Shown: positions 27,288 through 38,274 of the stretch, one piece after another
Layout: every line of letters begins with the position of its first letter
Numbering within the stretch: the stretch's first letter is position 1
Assembly: GCA_023460085.1 (NCBI GenBank)
Contig: JAEWRI010000046.1
Coordinates: 202,750-266,749 of the forward strand
Length of the DNA: 64,000 nucleotides
Source: Bacillota bacterium
GTDB taxonomy: Bacteria > Bacillota > Clostridia > Christensenellales > SZUA-584
Direction of reading: 5' to 3'
Translations under genes and position numbers: made by a program
Notes under the pieces: model-generated
The model's database searches: none
Told to the model about the DNA's origin: nothing
The model's input: only the letters and a program-made list of their open reading frames with translations

Positions 27288-28799
27288 TTACAGAGCATAA
27301 AACAACACCGATGCGGCGCAGAACAGCGCAATGAGTAAGCAGCCCGCCCAATAAATGACGTTCGCGGCCGCTTTGCGCTTTGCGCGGAGGGCATCCAGCG
27401 CGATGCCAAGGTACAGCGCACCGGTAACGGCAGCGGGCATGATATAACGAAAATCCATGGTGCAGCCGAAGGGATAGCGGATATTGAATATGAGAAAAGC
27501 GCCCATCTGCACCAACCAAATCCACAGCAGCCCCCAGCGCGCAAAGCCTTCCGCCTCGCGGCAGCGCGTCAGCACATACACCATGGCCGCCAGCGACGCA
27601 AGTATCAGCGCGAGATTCAGTATTACCAGCGCGGCGGCAGCCCAGTCGTTACCCTGGAACGAGAACTCGCCGAAGAGCGAGCTCTTGAGCACATAGAGCC
27701 AGATATTACAATCCTCCCCCGACGAACAGTACAACGGATGAAAAAGCTGTTCCAGCGGAAACGACAGAAAGCGGCTGACAGCGGATTGATCCCCGCAGTA
27801 CAGCCACGAGTTGTCGGCAAAACGCACCACGTAACCGAAGGGCTGACCGAACAGCACGTAGTTGCGCACGGAATACCAGAGGCCCAGCGGCGCGCACACC
27901 GCGGCAAACGCTGCGAACTGGCCGATCAGTTTTTTCGTACGCCGTTCGCGCCAGCCTTTAATCAGCACGGCAAGAAATACCGGCGCGGTAAACAACGCCG
28001 CGAGGCCGCCCGAGAGCTTGGTCATCATTGAAAGTCCGATGGACAGCGCAATGAGCAGCATGTGCTTCATGCCGGGCGCACGGTACCAGCGCACCGTGTA
28101 CAGCACGGATACCATGAAGAAAAACACCGTCAGCGCGTCGTTGTTGACGCGCGCCGACAGCTGGTAGAACGCCGGATGAAACGCCAGCACCGCAATCGCT
28201 GCGGTACGGGCGCGGCGCGGCATTCCCAGTTCCCCGCAGAGGCTGCGGCATACCCACAGCAGTGCGCATGACGCGAAGCACGGCACTATCTTCGCAGCCT
28301 CGAACACCGCTATCAGCTCACGTTGCGGCTGAAAAAGCGCGAACACCCTGACGACGAGTGCCTGCACGAAATGCTGGAAAGGCGGATGATAGAACTGGTA
28401 GTCATAGCTTGCGGGCAGCGCGCCCTGGGAATACAGGCGATACATATACGCAAAATGCCCGCTGCCCTCCAGCGTCGAAACGTCATAGTCGCGAACCGCA
28501 AAGGGCGTATAGAGCATGTAACCCACGCGCATGATGATGCCCGCGATAATCAGCACGGTGACGACGGTCTCCGCGCTGATCCCGTTCCTTTTCGGAATGC
28601 GTTTTATCAGCAGGAAGGCGAAACACAGCCCCGCGCCGGAAAGCATGACCGCCCTCACAGCGCGCTCGTCCGCGTCCAGCACAAGCGCAAACAGAATATA
28701 GCTGATGACGATGGTGATAGCGGTAATCAGATATGGGCGCATGCCCATGAAAAAGCCTGAGGCTGCGGATGCCTTGTTGATGTCATTCCCTTTTTGCAT
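27288..28799 (-). CDS. GT-C fold membrane glycosyltransferase (GT39/ArnT/PMT-like), copy 1
   Basis: 503 aa with more than 10 TM segments. Conserved first-loop region (YMLYTPF..D....GHFAYMY...YQFYHPPF). Paralogous to 28839..30332. Confidence 0.7.
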   Translation of the reverse strand: MQKGNDINKASAASGFFMGMRPYLITAITIVISYILFALVLDADERAVRAVMLSGAGLCFAFLLIKRIPKRNGISAETVVTVLIIAGIIMRVGYMLYTPFAVRDYDVSTLEGSGHFAYMYRLYSQGALPASYDYQFYHPPFQHFVQALVVRVFALFQPQRELIAVFEAAKIVPCFASCALLWVCRSLCGELGMPRRARTAAIAVLAFHPAFYQLSARVNNDALTVFFFMVSVLYTVRWYRAPGMKHMLLIALSIGLSMMTKLSGGLAALFTAPVFLAVLIKGWRERRTKKLIGQFAAFAAVCAPLGLWYSVRNYVLFGQPFGYVVRFADNSWLYCGDQSAVSRFLSFPLEQLFHPLYCSSGEDCNIWLYVLKSSLFGEFSFQGNDWAAAALVILNLALILASLAAMVYVLTRCREAEGFARWGLLWIWLVQMGAFLIFNIRYPFGCTMDFRYIMPAAVTGALYLGIALDALRAKRKAAANVIYWAGCLLIALFCAASVLFYAL

Positions 28800-28838
28800 G
28801 TCATCCTGTCTGAGTCTGAAGAACCCTTGAGCCTGCGG

Positions 28839-30332
28839 CTATGCCGCGTAAAACAGCGCGGACGCGATACCAAAAAGCGCTATCGCCGCCACGCCGACAT
28901 AGAAAAGCGCATTCGCCCAGGCGTTGTTCTTTGCCTTGATGCGATCCAGCGCAATGCCGAGGAAAAGCGCGCCAACGATGGCCGTGGGTACGATGTAGCG
29001 GTAGTCCATCGTGCAGCCATACGGAAAACGCACATTAAATACGACGAACGAGAGCATCTGCGTCAGCCAGATCCAGAAAAGTCCCCAGCGTGCAAACCCA
29101 TTTACTTCTCGCCCGCGCACCATGACGTAGATCATCGCCACCAGCGACAGCAGTATGAGCGCAAAGTTTGCGATGATCAGCAGCGCCGCGAAGCCCTCCG
29201 GCGCGTCGAAGCCAAACTCCCCGAATACGGAGCACTTGACGGTATACAGCCACAGGTTGTAATCGCCATACGGCTGGCAGTAAAGCGGATTCGTCAGCTG
29301 ATCCAGCGGAAACGAGAAGAAGCGCTCCGTAAATGTCCGGGTGCCGCAATACAGCTTGGACTCCGTGGAGATGGTGAACACATGCCCGAACGCCTGATCG
29401 AACTTCAGGTAGTTGCGCACCGGATACCAAAGACCCAGCGGCGCGCACACGCCGAGGAACGCCGCAAACTGGCCGAAGATGCGGCCTGCCCGGCCCTCCC
29501 TGAAGGATTTGACGAACACCGCCAAGAACACGGGCGCGGTAAACAGCGCCACTGCCGCTGCCGAGAGCTTAGTCATCATGCCAAGGCCGATGGCCAGCGC
29601 TATAAGCAGTATGTTCTTCATCGTGGGCGCGTAATACCAGCGGATGGTATACAGCACCGCCACCATAAACAGAAAGAGCATCACCGGGTCATTATTGACG
29701 CTGGCGGAGAAGATGAAGAATGTCGGCTGAAACGCCAGCACGGCAACGGACAGCGCCGTGGCGCGCGGCGAGAGGTTCATGGTGCGGGCGAGGCTGCGCA
29801 CCACCCACAGCAGTGCGCACATGGCGAAGCACGGGACCAGCTTCGCGGCCTCAAACAGCGAAGTAAGCTCCGCGCCGGGGCGGAACCACGAGAATACTTT
29901 GACGACCAATGCCTGCAAGATATGCTCGAAGGGCGGGTGATAGAATTGATACTCGTTGGTCTGCGGCAGTGTGCCAGAGGAAAACAGCTTATACATGTAG
30001 GCAAAATGACCGGTGCTGTCATACGCGCCGATGTCGTGGCCTCGCATCCCGAACGGTGTATAGAGCATGTAGCCCACGCGCATCACAATGCCCGCCGCAA
30101 TCAGCGCCACGATCAGCGCCTCGGTGCGGGAGGAACACTTCTTCGACAAACAGCGCAGCAGCAGCCAGAAGCCGCAGCCGGCGAGACCCAGCCACATCAG
30201 TGCGCGGGCTGCTGCTTCGGTTCCGTCCAGCACTTCGTACAGCGCATAGGCCGCCGCGATGACCGCAGCGGTAAGAATGTACGGGCGAAAACCCGTCCAA
30301 AGCGCTTTACTGTTTATCGTGCTTCTGTTCAT
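28839..30332 (-). CDS. GT-C fold membrane glycosyltransferase (GT39/ArnT/PMT-like), copy 2
   Basis: 497 aa, colinear with copy 1 and clearly homologous along its whole length. Confidence 0.7.
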   Translation of the reverse strand: MNRSTINSKALWTGFRPYILTAAVIAAAYALYEVLDGTEAAARALMWLGLAGCGFWLLLRCLSKKCSSRTEALIVALIAAGIVMRVGYMLYTPFGMRGHDIGAYDSTGHFAYMYKLFSSGTLPQTNEYQFYHPPFEHILQALVVKVFSWFRPGAELTSLFEAAKLVPCFAMCALLWVVRSLARTMNLSPRATALSVAVLAFQPTFFIFSASVNNDPVMLFLFMVAVLYTIRWYYAPTMKNILLIALAIGLGMMTKLSAAAVALFTAPVFLAVFVKSFREGRAGRIFGQFAAFLGVCAPLGLWYPVRNYLKFDQAFGHVFTISTESKLYCGTRTFTERFFSFPLDQLTNPLYCQPYGDYNLWLYTVKCSVFGEFGFDAPEGFAALLIIANFALILLSLVAMIYVMVRGREVNGFARWGLFWIWLTQMLSFVVFNVRFPYGCTMDYRYIVPTAIVGALFLGIALDRIKAKNNAWANALFYVGVAAIALFGIASALFYAA

Positions 30333-31866
30333 GGTACTCTTCTTCCGTGTTCACACCCCATACCGCCGATTTGTCCGCGGAACCCGCGGCAAACAGCCTC
30401 GCGGCCTCCATCGCGGTCATCATGGAGTGATCCATGTTGTTGTAGCGGTGCTGGCCATTGCGCCCGATGCAGTATAGATTGTCGAAGCTGTCGAGGCAGG
30501 AACGCACCGCGTCAAACTGCTTGTACGAGCCGAAGTACGCGGGGTACGCCTTTTTCACGCGGATATGCGTGGCGTCCAGCACGTCTTCCTTGTCGATGAT
30601 GTCGATCTTCGCCAGCTCGTCCGTCGCGAAGCGGATGAAGTCCTCCGAAGGCATGTCCCACATGGCGTCGCCCTCCGTGCAAAAATACTCCAGCCCTATC
30701 CAGACGGTGTGCTCCAAGTCGTCCACCATGTAGGGCGACCAGTTATTGAAGATTTGCAGGCGGCCTATTTTGACATCGCGCTCCTGAATGTAAATCCAGC
30801 AGTCCGGCACGATTCCGCCCACGGTTTTAAGCTTGGTCTGGTTCTTGATCTTCAGCTTTTTCAGCAGCAGACCTACGGTGATAAAATCGCGGTAAGGCAG
30901 CCCGGACGCGACAGTGCGCACGTCCGCAGGCACCGCTTCGCCCAGTGCCTCCACAAGGTCCTTCACGGGCATGCTGGAAAATACGCCGTCGCCCTCATAT
31001 CCCTTTTCCTCACCGTTCTCCTGCACGCACACAGACTTTACGTGACCGTCCGCGGCGTCCACGCCGGTTACGCGGGCGTTCATGTGCAGCTCGCCGCCCA
31101 TCTCCACCACGCGCTGCGCCATCAGCTCCCAGTACTGCCCTGGCCCTTTTTTGGGGTAGACGTATTGCTCTATGAGCGAGGTCTCCTGCTTTTTGGCGTC
31201 CTTCCGGAAAGGCTTTGCCAGCACCGAAAGCACCGCCTTCATCAGCGAGAGGCCCTTGACGCGCTGCGCGCCCCAGTCGGGAGAAATCTGGCTGGGATGC
31301 ACGCCCCACAGCTTCTCGGTATAGTCCTCGAAAAACATTTCGTAGAGCGGCTTTCCGAAGCGGTTGATATAGAAATCCTCCAGCGATTTTTCCTCGCGCT
31401 TGAAAACGGCGGCACGAATGTACCCAAAGCCCGCCTTGATGGTGCGCGCGAGGCCCATGTTGGCAAATGTCTGCAGCTTTAAAGAGATGGGATAGTCGAA
31501 GAATTTGCGCAGATAGAATATGCGCGACACGCGGCCGCGCACGAGCATCACGTTGTCTTCCTTCTCAGGGTCAGGCCCTCCCGGCACCAGCGGCTTCTCA
31601 CGGTCCAACAGGATGTCGTCTTTGGAGGGCGCGCCCTGCGCGGGCATCAGCTCCTGCCACAGCGCCGTAACCTGTTCGCTTTTGGAGAAGAAGCGATGTC
31701 CGCCGATATCCATGCGGTTGTTCTTGTACACCGCCGTACGCGATATACCGCCGATGAATTCGCTCTCCTCGAAGATGACGGGAAGTATGTCGGTTTCCTT
31801 GAGCAGCGTGTAAGCGGCTGTCAGGCCCGCGGGTCCGGCTCCGATGATGATGGCTGTTTTTCGCAT
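30307..31866 (-). CDS. NAD(P)/FAD-dependent oxidoreductase (UDP-galactopyranose-mutase / amine-oxidase-like fold)
   Basis: N-terminal [13 protein letters not shown] dinucleotide fold. 519 aa. The 3' end overlaps the start of GT-C copy 2. Confidence 0.7.
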   Translation of the reverse strand: MRKTAIIIGAGPAGLTAAYTLLKETDILPVIFEESEFIGGISRTAVYKNNRMDIGGHRFFSKSEQVTALWQELMPAQGAPSKDDILLDREKPLVPGGPDPEKEDNVMLVRGRVSRIFYLRKFFDYPISLKLQTFANMGLARTIKAGFGYIRAAVFKREEKSLEDFYINRFGKPLYEMFFEDYTEKLWGVHPSQISPDWGAQRVKGLSLMKAVLSVLAKPFRKDAKKQETSLIEQYVYPKKGPGQYWELMAQRVVEMGGELHMNARVTGVDAADGHVKSVCVQENGEEKGYEGDGVFSSMPVKDLVEALGEAVPADVRTVASGLPYRDFITVGLLLKKLKIKNQTKLKTVGGIVPDCWIYIQERDVKIGRLQIFNNWSPYMVDDLEHTVWIGLEYFCTEGDAMWDMPSEDFIRFATDELAKIDIIDKEDVLDATHIRVKKAYPAYFGSYKQFDAVRSCLDSFDNLYCIGRNGQHRYNNMDHSMMTAMEAARLFAAGSADKSAVWGVNTEEEYHEQKHDKQ

Positions 31867-32375
31867 GTCTTGTCGTCCTTAAATATCAAAATCTTACGGG
31901 CAACGTAGTTCCAGATCAGCACGACGCCCGCGACGAATATCTTGACCAGCATGTAATAGTCCTTGCCCACCCAGCGTGTGCCCAATTCCATGCCGACCTC
32001 AGTCAGCAGCAGCCCGATGACGCCTATCACCGTGAATATGATGAAGGCGCCCACCGTCTTGCCTTTGTTCTGCTGCTGGGCGCTTCTGAACACCCAGAGC
32101 AGCGAAAAAATGTAGTTAAAAACGAGTCCGAGTATAAAGCCCGCAGCCGTAGCCGCGATCAGCCGCCAATCTCCAATGACAATAGAACCCGCAGCCGTGG
32201 GGATGGCGAGCTGCCGCCCCTCCAGGCCTGTAAATACATATTGAAAGGTAAGGAACAGCGTACCCCAATCGACCAGAAACGACGCGCCTCCGACGACGAG
32301 GTAGCGGGCAAACTCCTTCACAAGCGATGTCAGCTTGTCCTTATCCAGCTTCAACCGAAAACGCTCCTTATTCAT
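31821..32375 (-). CDS. GtrA-family membrane protein
   Basis: Start set to MNKERF (ATG 32373-32375). [17 protein letters not shown] motif and 4 TM segments. The 3' end overlaps the next gene. Confidence 0.7.
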   Translation of the reverse strand: MNKERFRLKLDKDKLTSLVKEFARYLVVGGASFLVDWGTLFLTFQYVFTGLEGRQLAIPTAAGSIVIGDWRLIAATAAGFILGLVFNYIFSLLWVFRSAQQQNKGKTVGAFIIFTVIGVIGLLLTEVGMELGTRWVGKDYYMLVKIFVAGVVLIWNYVARKILIFKDDKTCEKQPSSSEPDPRA

Positions 32376-32478
32376 TCGTGATGACGCGGCATATGCCGCA
32401 TGAGCATTATAGCAAACCCCAAGGGTAAATGCCACCTTTCGGAGTGACATTCTCAGAAATTTCACGGAATATGGAAAC

Positions 32479-32979
32479 TTACCGCCGGATGCCCTCAATG
32501 TGGAGGAATCGCAGCTTCAGGTATTCGTACGTCGAGAGCGGCCGGTCGAGGCTGTCGTAGGTGTGCGTGCAGACAAGGATGTCCTCAAGGCCGCCGCGCT
32601 TGCCCGCCTCCACGACGACCTGCGTATGCGAGAACCGCGCAGAGGTGCCCGCGAACTGCGAGATATCGCCCGGCTGCACGTCCGCAATGCCCACCTCGTG
32701 CGCGACGGGGCCGGGGCCTCCCGCCTTGCGTGTCAGAAAGTTGTAAAGGTATTCCACGCCCGTCCATGAGGGTGAGTGATCGTTGGCGCTGTTGTAATAC
32801 CAGCCGAATGTGGGCGTATGGTTCATCACGCCGCCGCCCGCCAAAACGCACTGCGACGCGAAATTCGTGCAGTCCCCGCCCAGCGGATCATAGTTGTAGT
32901 ATTTCGGGTTGCGCGAGAGCGCCCATTTGCGCGCATACTCCACAGCGGCTGCGCGATCATAGGGCAACAACAGCGGCAT
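32479..32979 (-). CDS. Putative amidase-domain protein (Amidase_6-like)
   Basis: YDRAAAVEYARKWA...NP.YY......GDCTNFASQCVLAGG pattern with the catalytic Cys context. Confidence 0.6.
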   Translation of the reverse strand: MPLLLPYDRAAAVEYARKWALSRNPKYYNYDPLGGDCTNFASQCVLAGGGVMNHTPTFGWYYNSANDHSPSWTGVEYLYNFLTRKAGGPGPVAHEVGIADVQPGDISQFAGTSARFSHTQVVVEAGKRGGLEDILVCTHTYDSLDRPLSTYEYLKLRFLHIEGIRR

Positions 32980-33024
32980 ACATTCACCCCCGCTTTCAGC
33001 ATATGCGAAAGTGATACCGCATGG

Positions 33025-34416
33025 TTACGCCTGCTCCTCCATGATGTCCTTCAGCAGCCGGATACCCTTTTCGATCTCCTCCGGTTCCAGATGCCCGTAT
33101 CCCAGCAGCAGCTTATCCTCATGAGCCCCTTTCCGGATGCAATGGTACTCCACCGGAACGACGCGCATTCCCCTTGCCAGACAGCGCTGCGCGAACGCGT
33201 CGTCAAACCGCCTCCCGCGAAACGCCACGCAAAGATGCAGCCCCGCCGCGTCGCCCCACGGCTCGAACCCGTCGCCAAACGCTGCCGACAAGCTTTTCAG
33301 CAGCGCCTCCCTGCGCAGCCCGTAGACACGGCGCATGCCGTGCACATGCCTGTCGAACCGGCGGGTGCGCAGCAGCTCCGCCAGCGCCGCCTGCTCCCAG
33401 GGCGGATTCTGCACGTCGGTATGCGTGCGCAGCGCGCCCCAGCGCTCCCGCAGCGTGCGCGGCAATATCACAAAGCCAATGCGCAACGCCGGGAACAGTG
33501 TTTTGCTGAACGTACCGACATAGATGACGCGCTGCGTGTCCATGGTATACAGCGGTGCAACGGGCTCTCCGCCGAAACGGAATTCGCTGTCATAGTCGTC
33601 CTCGATAACGAAGCAGCCGCATTCCTGCGCAACGCGCAGAAGCGCCGTACGCCGACCCGCCGGGAGTATGCCGCCCAGCGGGAACTGGTGCGAAGGCGTA
33701 ACATAAATGGCGGAGAGTTCCTGCCTGGCCAAAAGCTCCGTGCGGATGCCATGCCTGTCCACCGCCGCCGGGATTGCCTCGTACCCGCGTTCCAGAAACG
33801 TTTGCAGCATGCCCGTATGACATGGATCCTCCACGAGGATTTTGGCCCCCGGCGTATAAAGCAGATCGCTGACCACGTGCAGGCCCTGCGTCGCGCCCGC
33901 GCAGATGCAGATGTCTTCCGGATGGGCCGATATGCCCCGGCTTCTGTACAGCCAGGCGGATATCTCGGCACGCAGCTCGTACAACCCATGCGGGCCGGTA
34001 TACCCCATCTGCTCTGTACTCAGTTCTCGGGCCGCGCCAGCCAGCGCCTGCGCAAAGGCAAACCGGGGAAAGTGCCGCAAGTTCGGCTGCCCCGTCCGGA
34101 AATCTGCCTCGACCCAAGTCAGCACCTCATCGTGCGTCGAAGAAAGCGGGGGGTCCTCGGTGCGGCGAAGGCACAGGCCCGGTGCCACGCGCGTCGCCGC
34201 GCCCGTCTGACTCCGCGCGAACCCTTCCGCAATCAGCATATCGTACGCTTCGCAAACCGTATTGCGCGACACCGCCAGCTGCCTTGCCATCTCGCGCGTG
34301 GAGGGCAGCGCCTCGCCCTCGGGCAGCCTTCCATCCATCATGCGCTCCTTCAGCGCCATATAGATCTGACGCCGCAGCGCCACCTCGCCGCCACGGTCCA
34401 ACGCGATTCCCAGCAT
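33025..34416 (-). CDS. MocR/PdxR-type regulator (GntR wHTH fused to a fold-type I aminotransferase domain)
   Basis: Start set to MLGIAL (ATG 34414-34416 behind GGAGGATAT). wHTH region LPSTREMARQLAVSRNTV. Aminotransferase-like C-terminal domain with FSKTLFPALRIG. Confidence 0.85.
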   Translation of the reverse strand: MLGIALDRGGEVALRRQIYMALKERMMDGRLPEGEALPSTREMARQLAVSRNTVCEAYDMLIAEGFARSQTGAATRVAPGLCLRRTEDPPLSSTHDEVLTWVEADFRTGQPNLRHFPRFAFAQALAGAARELSTEQMGYTGPHGLYELRAEISAWLYRSRGISAHPEDICICAGATQGLHVVSDLLYTPGAKILVEDPCHTGMLQTFLERGYEAIPAAVDRHGIRTELLARQELSAIYVTPSHQFPLGGILPAGRRTALLRVAQECGCFVIEDDYDSEFRFGGEPVAPLYTMDTQRVIYVGTFSKTLFPALRIGFVILPRTLRERWGALRTHTDVQNPPWEQAALAELLRTRRFDRHVHGMRRVYGLRREALLKSLSAAFGDGFEPWGDAAGLHLCVAFRGRRFDDAFAQRCLARGMRVVPVEYHCIRKGAHEDKLLLGYGHLEPEEIEKGIRLLKDIMEEQA

Positions 34417-34500
34417 ATATCCTCCAACCGGACTGCTCAATTCAATCTATATCCGGTTCTTTACCATACCAGTTCGATCGGTATAATAATACCACAATGG

Positions 34501-35457
34501 ATGAAACGGAGAAGCATTTTGAAAAAACTCGGCGGATATTTATATCTGACATGCGCGTTTGTGCTGGCAGGAAGCTCTGTTATTTCCGCAAGGCTGGTGT
34601 CCCAACGGGTTGGAACGTTTACCATCACGGCAGTCAGCCTGCTGCTCGCGCTGCTTTTGCTGCTGCCGCTTTCCCGAAACAAGCTGGCTTCAGCCATTCG
34701 CCGCATGTCCTTGAAGGACTGGGCTCACGCCGCGCTGCAGGCGCTGTTTGGCATTGTGGTATTCCGTCTGCTGCTGCTTCAGGGGCTGTTACACACCAGC
34801 ACGTCCGAGGCTGGCGTACTGACGGGGGCAACGCCCGCCGTCACGGCAATGCTCGCGTGGATATGCCTCAGGGAGCCGGTGCGCCTTAAAAATGTCATCG
34901 GCATCGTCAGCACGGCGGCAGGCATCGCGCTCATTCAGGGTCTGCTGACGCAGTCGTTTTCGGCTGCGCATCTTGCCGGGAATCTGCTCGTGCTGGGCGC
35001 GGCAGTCAGCGAATCGGTGTTTAACGTGCTTTCACGCAAAGCCGCAGTTCGGTCCGATCAGGACAAGGCGTTTGATCCGCTCACGCAGACCACGCTGGTC
35101 ACCGCCATCGCGCTGGCATTCAGTCTGCCGCTTGCGCTGACGGAACAACCCGCCGCAGCGCTTGCCGGGCTGGATATGGCGGGATGGCTCGCGCTGCTGT
35201 GGTATGGCTGGTTCGTCACCGCCCTCGCGTTTATCTGCTGGTACGCCGGAATCAAACGGTGCCCGGCAAACATCGCCGCCGCTTTCACCGGGCTGATGCC
35301 CTTTACCGCCATGCTGCTGTCCGCGACGATGCTGCACGAGGCCATAGCGTGGTTCCAGTGGGCAGGCGCTGCGCTGGTCGTGCTGGGCATGGCGCTGATA
35401 GGCCTGAACAGCGCACCGCGGCGCGTTCCTGCCCGCGCTCCCGCAGAGCCCTGTTAA
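34501..35457 (+). CDS. EamA/DMT-family transporter
   Basis: Only the last 318 codons of the 893-aa track ORF are kept. They have 10 predicted TM segments and two EamA-like halves. Divergent from the MocR regulator, which is the classical pairing. Confidence 0.8.
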   Translation: MKRRSILKKLGGYLYLTCAFVLAGSSVISARLVSQRVGTFTITAVSLLLALLLLLPLSRNKLASAIRRMSLKDWAHAALQALFGIVVFRLLLLQGLLHTSTSEAGVLTGATPAVTAMLAWICLREPVRLKNVIGIVSTAAGIALIQGLLTQSFSAAHLAGNLLVLGAAVSESVFNVLSRKAAVRSDQDKAFDPLTQTTLVTAIALAFSLPLALTEQPAAALAGLDMAGWLALLWYGWFVTALAFICWYAGIKRCPANIAAAFTGLMPFTAMLLSATMLHEAIAWFQWAGAALVVLGMALIGLNSAPRRVPARAPAEPC

Positions 35458-35469
35458 CCGCGATCCGTG

Positions 35470-36165
35470 TTACAGCTTCAGCGCCGCCGCCTCGGCTTCG
35501 TGACCATACGGTACTGGGATCTCCACCCATTGCCGGATGTCCGTGCCCACCCGCCCGGCCCGATATCGGTAACGCACGCGCAGCATCGCCATGCCTCCGT
35601 TTTTAGCTGGCGCAAAATGCGCCTGTTCCGCCGTCAGCGCCACCCGATCGTTGATGCCGGGATACCGATTGGCCACCAGCAGGCTGCTTCTTCCGAGGAT
35701 TGATTCACAGGGAGTGCGGCGCACGGTATGCACTGCAACCGCGGGAGCAATCAAAACGCTGAGCCATGGCAATACAACACACGCGGCGGCCGCACCCGTC
35801 AGCGCAGGAGAGACAGCCCCCTCCTCCGCCGAGATGGCGATGAAGAACGCGAATAAAACAGCACAAGCAACACTGAAGAACAGGGACAGCCGCACGCTTC
35901 GCCCGCGTACTTCACGCCTGGCCACCGCCGAAATCGCATGCACCTCCGCAGCGCTGTACTCGAAGCGCAGCAGCGTATCCTGCCTATCCGCAATCTGCCT
36001 TCTGCGGCGCGCGCGTACCGCGATTGCAGGAGCCAGCGCAAGGCCAAGCAAAGCACCCGCCGCGCCCGCGCCCAATAACGGCTCATTCCCCGATACACCG
36101 CCCATCACTGCCGCCGCGGCAAAAACCGCTTCCGCCGCCGCCCATATCAACCAGGCTACTGACAT
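35470..36165 (-). CDS. Hypothetical membrane protein
   Basis: ATG at 36163-36165 behind AGGAGG. Several Ala-rich TM segments. No family recognised. Confidence 0.4.
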   Translation of the reverse strand: MSVAWLIWAAAEAVFAAAAVMGGVSGNEPLLGAGAAGALLGLALAPAIAVRARRRRQIADRQDTLLRFEYSAAEVHAISAVARREVRGRSVRLSLFFSVACAVLFAFFIAISAEEGAVSPALTGAAAACVVLPWLSVLIAPAVAVHTVRRTPCESILGRSSLLVANRYPGINDRVALTAEQAHFAPAKNGGMAMLRVRYRYRAGRVGTDIRQWVEIPVPYGHEAEAAALKL

Positions 36166-36198
36166 CAACGCCTCCTGATGCTCTTTTTATGTCTCCGT

Positions 36199-38274
36199 TT
36201 ACAACTGCCAGCCGTTATCCACCGGCAGTGTCAGTATGAAGCGCGAATAGCGGCCTTCCTCCGATTCCACCTCGATGCGTCCGTGGTGATCCTTCACAAT
36301 TCCGAAGCTGATGGAGAGCCCCAGGCCAGTGCCCTTGTCCTTGGGCTTGGTAGAGAAGAACGGCTCGAATATCCGCTCCCGAATGCGCTCCGATATGCCC
36401 ATGCCGCCGTCCTCCACGGTAAGGCGCAGCCACCGGCGATCCTCGGCTTCCAGTGCGCTGCATCTGACGCGAATCACCTTGTTGTCGTCATAATCGGGGT
36501 ACTTCTCGTTCAGCGAGTCGCGCGCGTTGGTCAGAAGATTCATGAGCACCTGCTGTATCTGCTGGCTGCGGCATTTGATCTCCGGCAGCCCCTCGTCGAT
36601 TTGAATATCGAGATGAATTTGGTCTTTCTTTATAATGGTCTTAATCAGAGACACCGTCTGCCCGATGATATCGTATATGCTGGCGTAGCTGTGCGTCTGC
36701 TTCTCCTGCCGCGAGAATTGCAGCAGATTTTTGACGATGGTTGCAATACGCTCCGTCTCCTCAATAATAGAGTGCGCATATTCCGCCGTGGGAGACGCCT
36801 TCTCCAGGTCCTCGCAGATAAGCTCCGCATAGTTCATAATACCACTCAGGGGATTGTTGATCTCGTGCGCGACACCGCCTGCCAGCGTACCGATGGCCTC
36901 CAGCTTTTGCTGCTGACGCTGGTACGCTTCCATTTCCAGCCGGATGCTCTCCACCCGCTTGCGTTCCGTAATGTCCCGCGAGAAAACTACCGCACTGTCC
37001 TTATTGTTGTACCGGATAGAAATTGCCGAAACATCCACGGGTACGGGCGTACCGTCCAGCCGGACAAATACTTCCTCGTTGACGGGTACGAAGGGTGCTC
37101 CGCCGCGCAGCTGCGCTATCCGCTCCGCGATAATATCGTGGTAGTTGGGATGGAACCGAGACATTACCGGCATTCCAATCAGCTCATTCGCTGTCTGCGC
37201 GCCGAAGAGCTGTATCGCGGCTTGATTGACAAACACAAACCGCTGGTCGGTTTCGATAAATATGGCTTCGGGTGCGGCCTCCACAAGCTGCCGGAAACGG
37301 ATCTCGCTCTCGGCAAGCGCACGCGCCGACGCGACGCGCTCCGAAACATCATGAACGATGGAATAGAGCAGCGTCTGCTGATTAACCGTAATGGGACCGC
37401 TGTATACCTCAACATCGGCAACTTCGCCGGACGCCTTATGATGCCGGAATTCAAAAAAGCTGCGCTCCTCGCTGACTGCGCTGGCCATTTCCGCCAGTAC
37501 CTCGTTGTGAGACAACGTATTGATCTCCGATATGTTTTTTGACTTGAACTCCTCGCTGGCCCAGCCGTAGTACCGGCAGGCCGCCGGATTCACCTCCACA
37601 ATGGTTCCATCCTCCGGGCGGATCAGCATCATCACCGCGCGATTGTTATGAAAAAGGCTTTTATACCGGTCTTCCGCCTCGGCAAGTCGCACAAGTTCTT
37701 CGTTTCGCTCTTTCTGGCGCAGGAGTACAAGCCCCAGAAGCACAGTCACCACCGGATAGATGATGATTACGGGCAGTGCGATGCTTTGCAATACATACAC
37801 GGGGTCAGGCATCAGCAGCATACACAACAGCATTGCCGCATGCACACACAAGCCCAGCAGATACAACGACAGCCAGCGGCGTTTGACAGGCCTTCTATCC
37901 AGCATGTACCGCCATAGCAGCCCGATAAGCACCGCAGACAAGATCACCGATACGCCGCCCAGCGTGCCCGCGCCGCCCACCGCAAATATACGATAGAGCA
38001 TTGCGATTGCGCCCGCGATTGCCGCGGGTATGGGGCCGTAAGCCAGCGCCGCCACGCTGAGCAATATGGAACGTGTGTCGAATATGATCCCTTCCGCCAG
38101 TTCTGCCGGAAAGGCGATGACGAGTATACCGATGCCCCCGATGAGTATGCCTCTGAGCAACGGAGACACACGTTTCATTTTGTCAGGAATAAAGTAACTG
38201 ATCTCGTAAACGAGCCCCAGTGCCAACAGCAGCGATGCGTTATACACCAGTTGAAGTACCAGTTTACTGTCCAT
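36199..38274 (-). CDS. Sensor histidine kinase (LytS-type 5TM receptor domain, 2 PAS, HisKA, HATPase)
   Basis: N-terminal ~190 aa are polytopic (5TMR-LYT-like). PAS regions follow. H-box GGVAHEINNPLSGI, N-box LMNLLTNARDS, G-boxes DGGMGI and GTGLGLS. Confidence 0.85.
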   Translation of the reverse strand: MDSKLVLQLVYNASLLLALGLVYEISYFIPDKMKRVSPLLRGILIGGIGILVIAFPAELAEGIIFDTRSILLSVAALAYGPIPAAIAGAIAMLYRIFAVGGAGTLGGVSVILSAVLIGLLWRYMLDRRPVKRRWLSLYLLGLCVHAAMLLCMLLMPDPVYVLQSIALPVIIIYPVVTVLLGLVLLRQKERNEELVRLAEAEDRYKSLFHNNRAVMMLIRPEDGTIVEVNPAACRYYGWASEEFKSKNISEINTLSHNEVLAEMASAVSEERSFFEFRHHKASGEVADVEVYSGPITVNQQTLLYSIVHDVSERVASARALAESEIRFRQLVEAAPEAIFIETDQRFVFVNQAAIQLFGAQTANELIGMPVMSRFHPNYHDIIAERIAQLRGGAPFVPVNEEVFVRLDGTPVPVDVSAISIRYNNKDSAVVFSRDITERKRVESIRLEMEAYQRQQQKLEAIGTLAGGVAHEINNPLSGIMNYAELICEDLEKASPTAEYAHSIIEETERIATIVKNLLQFSRQEKQTHSYASIYDIIGQTVSLIKTIIKKDQIHLDIQIDEGLPEIKCRSQQIQQVLMNLLTNARDSLNEKYPDYDDNKVIRVRCSALEAEDRRWLRLTVEDGGMGISERIRERIFEPFFSTKPKDKGTGLGLSISFGIVKDHHGRIEVESEEGRYSRFILTLPVDNGWQL

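Noticed and set aside
28794-30599. 601-aa plus-strand ORF
   Set aside because: Antisense to GT-C copy 2. It is highly basic (Arg/His/Gln) low-complexity sequence, so it is a shadow ORF.
32776-34500. First ~575 codons of the 893-aa plus-strand ORF 32776..35457
   Set aside because: This part is antisense to the well-supported amidase and MocR genes. It is Arg/Ala/Pro-rich with no motifs, which is typical of a high-GC shadow frame. Only the last 318 codons (EamA transporter, from ATG 34501) look genuine.
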